Below, in pieces: positions 57,271-64,000 of a DNA stretch of 64,000 nucleotides (position 1 is the first letter of the stretch; every line of letters starts with the position of its first letter). A program made the position numbers and the translations under genes. The notes beneath the pieces were generated by a model. The model searched no databases. It was not told where the DNA came from and worked only from the letters and a program-made list of their open reading frames with translations. Source of the stretch: Candidatus Shapirobacteria bacterium (GTDB taxonomy: Bacteria > Patescibacteriota > Microgenomatia > UBA12405); contig JACPHO010000001.1 of NCBI GenBank assembly GCA_016188545.1, positions 90,774 through 154,773 on the forward strand, written 5' to 3'.

Positions 57271-59361
57271 TTAACGAACAATTTTTATATCCACTGCCCA
57301 TGTCTTGTCGTGGGTAATAACCAGTGGGTTAATCTCCATTTCTTTTATTTCTTCAAATACACTCATTAGTTGACCCAGTCCATCTATGGCTTGGTACAAA
57401 CTGTCGAGATTGTAAGCGCTATCGTCCCGATATCCTGCTAATAATTTATATACTTTAGATTGGGAAACAATTTTTTTAATGTTTTCCATATCAGTCGGCC
57501 AGGAAATTAAGCTATGGTCGTCCAATATTTCGGCATATTTCCCCCCGGCTCCAAATAGGATAAAGATCCCAAAAACAGGATCCCTTTTTACCCCCACTAT
57601 CACCTCGACCCCGCTTCCGATTTGACTTTGAATCTCAATTTTAATTGGTTCACTGTAACTGCTTTGTAGTCCTACTACCACTTTTTTAATTTCCCCAAAC
57701 GATTTTTCCAGTTCAACCACATCCCTAATATTCGTTTTTACTCCACCAATGTCCGACTTATGAAGAATATCCTCTGAACGTATTTTTAGAACAACCGGCC
57801 AGCCATTTACTTTAGCAAATCCCAGGGCATCCACTTCTGTTTTTACAATTGCCGTCGCTGGAGTTTTCACACTCAGTATGGACATTATTTTTTCCTTATC
57901 GTAATTCTCGAGTGCCGCTTGTATCTCATCAACATCCATTTTTATAGTCTTAGTTGTATCTGAAGAAAATTGTTCTACTCCCTTTCTCCACTTTTCCCAC
58001 TTCCATACGGTTGCCAGTGTTTTAACCGCTCTTTCGGGAAAGTCAAAGTTAGTAATCTTTAATTTATTCAAAATATCCCGACCTGTAGCTACTTTTTTTC
58101 CACCCACAAATGTACAATAAATTGGTTTAGTTGTCTTGGAAGATACAGTCCCAATAACTTCAGCCGTTTTTTCCACTTGGGTCATCAGTTGCGGAGTCAA
58201 TACCACCAGTATCGAGTCAGTATTCTCATCATCGATAACCTTATTTAATACCTTTTCAAATCTATCTTGCAGAGCATCTCCCAGTAAGTCAATCGGGTTT
58301 TGAATTGACGCGATTTTAGGAAGATATTCCCGCAGACTTTTTTTAGTTGATTCTGTCAATGTCGCCAACTCCAATCCGTATTTTTCAATCGAGTCGGACA
58401 CCATCACCGCTGGTCCCCCGGCATTGGTGACTACAGCTACCCTTGGTCCACTGGGAACTTTACTCCAGGTAAATACCTGTGCCAAGTCAAAAAAATCACT
58501 TAACTCATGACACCGAATTCCCCCGACTTGGGCAATCGCCGACTCAAAAATTTTATCCTCACCAGCAATAGCCCCGGTATGGGACTGCATCGCTCTAGCG
58601 GCACTTTTCCCTTTCCCAGGTTTCATAATAAATACCGGGTTGTTTGGAGTGATTTTCTTTACTATATTAATAAAATCAGTCCCCCGATCGATTGACTCCA
58701 GGTACATACCCACTGGTACTATTCTCGGATTAGACTCATTACTCAGTTGCCCTTCCCAATACTCCAATATATCGACTTCAGACAAAACTGCTTTATTACC
58801 AATTGTTACAAATGAATCAAACCCTAATTTTGTTGTATTGCACCAGTCAAACAAACTAGCCGCCAAAGAACCCGACTGAGACACCAGTTTCAGTACTCCC
58901 TTATCAATCTCACTATGCCCAAATGTTACGTTAAGGGGGAGGTGTGTGCTGGCAAACCCCATACAGTTTGGTCCCAATATATTTAGCTTATATTTTTCGG
59001 CAATCTCTACCAATTCATCCTCAATTTTCTTGCCATCAGTACCCGTCTCTTTATAACCCGAAGAAAAGATTACGATGTTTTTTACACCCTTTTCACCACA
59101 CTCAGTTAATATCTCAAAAACCTTTATTACCGGGACTGCCACCACCACCAAGTCTGGTATTTGCGGTAGAGAAGTAATGTTTTTAAAAAATTTTAATCCA
59201 CCAAATTCGTTAATATTAGGGTTAACAGGGAACAGCTTACCCTTGTAACCCGACAAGATAATATTTTTTAAAGCTATCGCTCCCACTTTTAGAGGGTCAC
59301 TCGATGCCCCAACTATGGCTATAGATTTTGGATTAAACAAACCATCTAATTGTCGGGTCAT
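57271..59361 (-). CDS. acetate-CoA ligase (ADP-forming) / NDP-forming acyl-CoA synthetase, fused alpha-beta
   Basis: N-terminal CoA-binding IAIVGASSDPLKVGAIALKNIILSGYKGKLFPVNP. About 700 aa with a C-terminal ATP-grasp region. Confidence 0.85.
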   Translation of the reverse strand: MTRQLDGLFNPKSIAIVGASSDPLKVGAIALKNIILSGYKGKLFPVNPNINEFGGLKFFKNITSLPQIPDLVVVAVPVIKVFEILTECGEKGVKNIVIFSSGYKETGTDGKKIEDELVEIAEKYKLNILGPNCMGFASTHLPLNVTFGHSEIDKGVLKLVSQSGSLAASLFDWCNTTKLGFDSFVTIGNKAVLSEVDILEYWEGQLSNESNPRIVPVGMYLESIDRGTDFINIVKKITPNNPVFIMKPGKGKSAARAMQSHTGAIAGEDKIFESAIAQVGGIRCHELSDFFDLAQVFTWSKVPSGPRVAVVTNAGGPAVMVSDSIEKYGLELATLTESTKKSLREYLPKIASIQNPIDLLGDALQDRFEKVLNKVIDDENTDSILVVLTPQLMTQVEKTAEVIGTVSSKTTKPIYCTFVGGKKVATGRDILNKLKITNFDFPERAVKTLATVWKWEKWRKGVEQFSSDTTKTIKMDVDEIQAALENYDKEKIMSILSVKTPATAIVKTEVDALGFAKVNGWPVVLKIRSEDILHKSDIGGVKTNIRDVVELEKSFGEIKKVVVGLQSSYSEPIKIEIQSQIGSGVEVIVGVKRDPVFGIFILFGAGGKYAEILDDHSLISWPTDMENIKKIVSQSKVYKLLAGYRDDSAYNLDSLYQAIDGLGQLMSVFEEIKEMEINPLVITHDKTWAVDIKIVR

Positions 59362-59396
59362 TATATAAAGGTTAGCACAATGGTATATATTTAATT

Positions 59397-60008
59397 ATGC
59401 ATAAACTGATCGACTATGTTTGTAATCTTTTCATCAAAAACAGCCCCCAGTTTATTGGACTTATTAAGGTTGGCTATTTCGCCCTTAGCCTGTTTGTCGG
59501 TATTGTTTTGACTTCCCCCTACCATGCCAGAATTAGTAATTTGTTTGGTGAAGCAGCTGTTGTGTTTTACATCTTAACCCTCATTCCTGGTATTGCCATG
59601 AGACTGGGGATCCATCATTCGGTGTTTAACCTACTCCGGCTATATCGGCGGTTTATCGGTATTGCCATGTATCTTTTAGTTTTATCGCATGTAGTTCTAA
59701 AAAAATTCCCCGAACTTATACCCGATCTTTCAACCACCCCTACCTTTGAGCTAATGGGCATAGTCTCTCTTATAATTTTTTTGTTACTATTTCTTACCTC
59801 AAATAATCGTAGTCAAAAACTATTGGGCATTGGTTGGGTCTATCTCCACAAACTAACCTATATTGGTATGTTTTTTATATTATTGCATCTATCTCTCCAA
59901 GGATCGAAAAATTGGGGACTACTGATGTGGGTTACTATAGTCCTCGAACTTGTGTCGTTTTACGTAGCTTCCAGGAGATCTCTTCCTGTTAAAATACGAC
60001 ATGAGTAG
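59397..60008 (+). CDS. ferric-reductase-like 6-TM protein (MsrQ/YedZ-like)
   Basis: Conserved His-containing helices LRLYRRFIGIAMYLLVLSHV and WVYLHKLTYIGMFFILLH, as in MsrQ-type haem-binding membrane subunits. Confidence 0.5.
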   Translation: MHKLIDYVCNLFIKNSPQFIGLIKVGYFALSLFVGIVLTSPYHARISNLFGEAAVVFYILTLIPGIAMRLGIHHSVFNLLRLYRRFIGIAMYLLVLSHVVLKKFPELIPDLSTTPTFELMGIVSLIIFLLLFLTSNNRSQKLLGIGWVYLHKLTYIGMFFILLHLSLQGSKNWGLLMWVTIVLELVSFYVASRRSLPVKIRHE

Positions 60009-61770
60009 TATTGCCAAAATTCTTAAGTTATCCCGTCCTTTGCATGGTTGGATTTTTGTCGCCATAGTCCTGATCGTCGCCCAGTCGGTACTACAACTAG
60101 CCACTCCGGTCATTCTCAAAAATGTTGTCGACCAGTTGTCTGTCCAAATAAGCCGTGGTACGGGGGATTATCCCAGTTTGTTTTCTCAGTTTGTTCTCAT
60201 TCTGATTATCAACTTGGCCATTCTTGTTTTTAGTTCCCTGGGTCAACGACTTGGTGACTTCATCGCCTCCCGGCTGGGGCGTTACCTGACCGAAGTTTAC
60301 TACCGTAAAATATTTACTCTTCCCCAGCCTTATTTCGACTCTGAAATCTCTGGTAAGATGGTCAACCAGCTAAGTCGGGGTATCAACTCTATCCGTGAAT
60401 TTATGGGGATGACTACCAACTTTATTGGCCCTTCCCTTCTTCAAGCAACCTTCGGCATTATTCTTTTAAGTTACTACAATCTGACAATCGGATTTTTGGC
60501 TTTTCTGGTTTTTCCGGTTTACATCGCTATTTCCAGCTTTTCCACCTATCGTTGGGGACTCCTTCAAAAAGAAAAAAATATTCACGAAGACTCTGTCCGG
60601 GGGCGGATTGCTGAAGTAATCAGCAATATCAAGTTGGTCAAAACCTACAATACCCAATCTCGGGAGTGGCAATATGCCAGTGATCAGTATCAGACCATCA
60701 ACAATATCTATGATCGTCAGTCTACCCAGTATCATGTTTACAATTTTGCCCGTGGTTTTGTTCTGGAATTGGCTTTTGTCAGCATTCTTTTTTTGATTTT
60801 CAAAAATACTTTCATTGGTGTCCTCACCTTAGGTGAAATGGTTTTAATCATCCAAGTCCTAAATATGCTCCGGTGGCCGCTTTATGCCATGAGTATGATT
60901 CTTGAACGAATCCGTCAGGCTGAAGCCGACTCAAAAGCATTTTTCGAGGTCTTAGATTTGAAAGGTACAGAAGTCTTCCACTCCAAAGCCGTCTCCAAGT
61001 TGGTCAAAAATCCCGGGCTTACATTTGATCATGTTAACTTTTCCTACGACACCAGTAACCCCGTTCTTTCAGATATAAATTTAAAACTTGATCGTAAGGA
61101 AACGGTGGCTATAGTTGGCCACTCCGGTGCCGGCAAGTCGACTTTAATTAATTTAATTCTCAAACTTTACGAACCAACCTCCGGGCATATTACTTTATCC
61201 GGAAAATCTTATCGCCGTTATAGTCACACCTGGATTCGCGAACACATGGCTCTCGTTTTTCAGGACAACGAGTTATTTTCTTCTACCATTAGAGAAAATG
61301 TCGCCTACGGTTTACCCTCAGCTACCGACTCAGAAATAATTAAAGCCCTAAAACAAGCCAACGCTCTCGAGTTTGTCGATAAACTAAAAGATGGTCTCTA
61401 CGCCAAAATCGGCGAAAGGGGAGTCAAGCTCTCCGGTGGCCAAAAACAACGTATCCAAATCGCCCGGGCAATTCTCCACAATAAACCCATCCTCATTCTC
61501 GACGAAGCCACCAGTAGCCTCGACTCCAAGTCAGAACGCCTTGTCCAAGATGCTCTGGAAAAATTGTACAAAAATCATTTGGTAATTATCATCGCCCACA
61601 GGTTCTCCACTATCCAAAGTGTTGACCGGATAGTGGTACTAGATAAGGGGACTATTATCGATTCTGGTAAGCCCCAAGATTTAGCCCTTCGCCCCGGACT
61701 ATATTCCGAACTGTTGAAATATCAAATTGAAGGTAACAAAAAACTCCTCAGCAAGTACGAGTTGTACTAG
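60001..61770 (+). CDS. ABC transporter, fused permease/ATPase (MsbA-like exporter)
   Basis: 6 TM helices. Walker A GHSGAGKST. Signature LSGGQKQRIQIARAIL. Walker B ILILDEATS. Confidence 0.9.
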   Translation: MSSIAKILKLSRPLHGWIFVAIVLIVAQSVLQLATPVILKNVVDQLSVQISRGTGDYPSLFSQFVLILIINLAILVFSSLGQRLGDFIASRLGRYLTEVYYRKIFTLPQPYFDSEISGKMVNQLSRGINSIREFMGMTTNFIGPSLLQATFGIILLSYYNLTIGFLAFLVFPVYIAISSFSTYRWGLLQKEKNIHEDSVRGRIAEVISNIKLVKTYNTQSREWQYASDQYQTINNIYDRQSTQYHVYNFARGFVLELAFVSILFLIFKNTFIGVLTLGEMVLIIQVLNMLRWPLYAMSMILERIRQAEADSKAFFEVLDLKGTEVFHSKAVSKLVKNPGLTFDHVNFSYDTSNPVLSDINLKLDRKETVAIVGHSGAGKSTLINLILKLYEPTSGHITLSGKSYRRYSHTWIREHMALVFQDNELFSSTIRENVAYGLPSATDSEIIKALKQANALEFVDKLKDGLYAKIGERGVKLSGGQKQRIQIARAILHNKPILILDEATSSLDSKSERLVQDALEKLYKNHLVIIIAHRFSTIQSVDRIVVLDKGTIIDSGKPQDLALRPGLYSELLKYQIEGNKKLLSKYELY

Positions 61771-62081
61771 CGTGCTTCAACCATTTGGGCAAGTTTTTCC
61801 ATATTTTCTCCCGTCAACAGTTCCGTGTGTGTGTTAAGTTGTTGCCGAGCTTCACCCAAAACTTTTGGGCTTCTTGTGCCTCTTCTCTCAAGTACGCTAA
61901 TAGCATAAGCAAGAATTTGTTTATTTTGCTGTTCAATCGGAACATCTTGTTTTCGGATCGATACTGTTATCGGCCCAAGTGCTAAAATTGGTTTTTCTCC
62001 AGCAGAAATAATTACATCTGCCAACACGTATGGAATCCCTAATTCACTGTTAATATTTTTTACAAGTGTTCTTTTGTTCAT
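61767..62081 (-). CDS. hypothetical protein
   Basis: 104-aa ORF. Confidence 0.3.
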   Translation of the reverse strand: MNKRTLVKNINSELGIPYVLADVIISAGEKPILALGPITVSIRKQDVPIEQQNKQILAYAISVLERRGTRSPKVLGEARQQLNTHTELLTGENMEKLAQMVEAR

Positions 62082-62143
62082 AATCCTATAATAACATCAT
62101 ATGTCATTTTATCTTGACCGATCTTGACAATAATATAGGATAG

Positions 62144-63184
62144 TTGGTATACTATAGGATGTTAACTAGATGGGTTTACTCTATTGAGACCGAATCAGAG
62201 CGGCTAATGCACTGTGCTCGTCAGATTGCTTGCGGTTTTTATCGTTCCAATGGTTTTACTGTTCTACCTTATACTCCCAGTCAATACTTGTCTCAGATAG
62301 TCACTTTTCCCAATTTGTCATACAACAATATCCCTAGGTTTTGGGAGCAAGTCCGCAAAATCAACGTCGACTCTTTCCCTTTAGTTATCGATCCAAAGTT
62401 ATTTAACACTATTACCAAACTACTTGGCTCAATTGATATAAAAAAACCTCAATTCGATGAAGTCAAAGAACTTTGGACTCAGTGCGAATCCGAAGTTATT
62501 TCAGAAATATACAAGGTGTTACCTCAAAAAAATAACATCATCAAAAAAATCACTATTCACCCCACTTCTTTTGGGACTAGTTGTAGTTTTAATCAGATCG
62601 AAGACACAGGTGAAGTAATCATGTACCTCCGAGAGGGCAGTGGAGTCCACACAATTACCGAAGCTATCATCACCGTTTTAACCAGACTTGATATTTCCAA
62701 TAAGCTCAGTGGACTATGGGCCGAGTCAGAAATGATAACTGACTTTTTGGTTACTCAAACTTCAATCGCCAAAGTCATAGAAAAATATGAAGCCGCTGAA
62801 TTTTTCCAGCCAACAATCCGCGGAACTCGTGGAAAAGAAACAGCCAAAATCATTCAAGAATCAAATCAATATTACCAAAAGCTTGGTTTACCTTCGTTTG
62901 ACCAACCATTCTCTTTAGTGGATGATAAGCCCCACCTTTTCAATAAACCTATGTTGGATCTAAGTCAGACAGAACTGGGTTTATTCCGTGAGCTGATAAA
63001 GAATCAAAACCAAGTGGTCGACTTTGATTCTCTAGGTTCATCCATTTCCAAAGATGAGGATGACTTTAGTCTCTATGCTATTTCCAAAACAGTCCAGCGC
63101 CTCCGCGACAAATTCGAAGCCAACGGTATCTCCGGTTCCTATATCCAAACCCTCCGCGGCAAAGGCTATCTACTCAAGAACTAA
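62144..63184 (+). CDS. protein with C-terminal OmpR/PhoB-type winged-helix DNA-binding domain (no receiver domain recognised)
   Basis: C-terminal ...VQRLRDKFEANGISGSYIQTLRGKGYLLK matches trans_reg_C. Confidence 0.55.
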   Translation: MVYYRMLTRWVYSIETESERLMHCARQIACGFYRSNGFTVLPYTPSQYLSQIVTFPNLSYNNIPRFWEQVRKINVDSFPLVIDPKLFNTITKLLGSIDIKKPQFDEVKELWTQCESEVISEIYKVLPQKNNIIKKITIHPTSFGTSCSFNQIEDTGEVIMYLREGSGVHTITEAIITVLTRLDISNKLSGLWAESEMITDFLVTQTSIAKVIEKYEAAEFFQPTIRGTRGKETAKIIQESNQYYQKLGLPSFDQPFSLVDDKPHLFNKPMLDLSQTELGLFRELIKNQNQVVDFDSLGSSISKDEDDFSLYAISKTVQRLRDKFEANGISGSYIQTLRGKGYLLKN

Positions 63185-63215
63185 TTATCCTGCCAGATAA
63201 ATTTCCACTTATTGC

Positions 63216-63512
63216 TCAATCAACAACCTGTCTTATCTCGAAGAACTTGACGATTTTTTGAATATCTTGTTCTGATAATGGATGTAGATCAGATTTCCCA
63301 CCAAAGCTTCCCGAAGAGCGAACAAAAAAGACCCCGTCATTTTCGACAAAGCAAAGTCCTTCTTCTCTTCCATTCCCTGATATAGTCGGCGTAGCAAACA
63401 GCTCCAACACTCCTACGCCATTTATGTTGATATGTTTTGTCATATATAATTTTATTATAACTGAAATATGATACTCGAAATCCAATGACTTATCTTGACA
63501 CAACTTTGACAA
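63216..63512 (-). CDS. hypothetical protein
   Basis: 98-aa ORF. Confidence 0.3.
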   Translation of the reverse strand: MSKLCQDKSLDFEYHISVIIKLYMTKHININGVGVLELFATPTISGNGREEGLCFVENDGVFFVRSSGSFGGKSDLHPLSEQDIQKIVKFFEIRQVVD

Positions 63513-63581
63513 TTACACAGCCAATGTTTATTGGTTAACTTGGACTTTTATTCATAAAAGCAGTACAATCGCACTGACAAT

Positions 63582-63953
63582 ATGAAAGACGGACGAAACT
63601 GTATTAGCTACGCTATTGCTACCGATGCTGGCCTATCGGAACCAAAACACGGTACTCACCCCATGCCTCTTAATGAACTATTGGGTTATTACGAAGAGGT
63701 GCCTCTGGATCGGGCATCTATTGTCGGAGGTGCTGTCAACAATGGTCGTGAAGAAGTGGTCGAGCATCTGGCCAAAGTTGATCCAACAAATAAAACCGTG
63801 GCTACACATCGAGTTGGTCCAGGCAAGGCGGTTGAGCCGGTTCCTGTGGCTCAAATAATTTCCACCTACTCAAGTCAAATCTCTTTATCACTTAGAAGGC
63901 GGCCGATGATGTCTGGCTCCGATGTCGTCAATGCTTTACTAGATACCACTTAG
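63582..63953 (+). CDS. hypothetical protein
   Basis: 123-aa ORF. Confidence 0.3.
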   Translation: MKDGRNCISYAIATDAGLSEPKHGTHPMPLNELLGYYEEVPLDRASIVGGAVNNGREEVVEHLAKVDPTNKTVATHRVGPGKAVEPVPVAQIISTYSSQISLSLRRRPMMSGSDVVNALLDTT

Positions 63954-64000
63954 CTAATTACCGCTCTTTGTTTTACATTAGCTATTCTTTTCCAAGTCTT

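Overview
This is a 64-kb window from a moderately AT-rich bacterial genome using the standard genetic code. TGA, TAA and TAG all serve as stops. Long uninterrupted ORFs such as a P-type ATPase, DnaG, RpoD and an ADP-forming acetyl-CoA synthetase rule out a recoded genome. The gene content and compact overlapping operons suggest a small-genome (CPR/Patescibacteria-like) bacterium. That taxonomic guess is an inference.

Housekeeping genes include dnaG-rpoD, a polyprenyl diphosphate synthase, transketolase, lgt, nadE with an NMNAT-fusion protein, a P-type ATPase, an MsbA-like ABC exporter and an ECF sigma factor with its anti-sigma factor. There are also several oxidoreductases and HAD/VOC/Nudix proteins.

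These are interleaved with accessory and mobile material:
- A tyrosine recombinase and a VirB4-like ATPase sit at the left edge.
- A tRNA-Asn carries a ~220-nt group I intron in its anticodon loop. A free-standing HTH/LAGLIDADG-like ORF lies immediately upstream.
- A direct repeat of the tRNA 3' end lies 5.9 kb downstream. It delimits an islet whose last two genes, folE and a GIY-YIG nuclease, each carry a single in-frame stop at a conserved residue.
- A defence-type neighbourhood follows: frameshifted RhuM, a SWIM protein, an AbiEi/AbiEii toxin-antitoxin pair, GNAT, and an m5C-methyltransferase with a putative restriction endonuclease.
- An XRE/ImmA regulatory module has a frameshifted ImmA.

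Non-coding oddities:
- A three-copy GC-rich hairpin repeat family lies in AT-rich intergenic DNA.
- A 29-bp AT-rich direct repeat brackets a phosphatase gene.
- A 17-unit heptanucleotide microsatellite sits in a divergent promoter region.
- A strong consensus promoter is followed ~15 nt later by an intrinsic-terminator hairpin.

No rRNA or CRISPR array was seen. All assignments rest on motif recognition by eye; no searches were run. Coordinates of non-CDS features may be off by a few nt.
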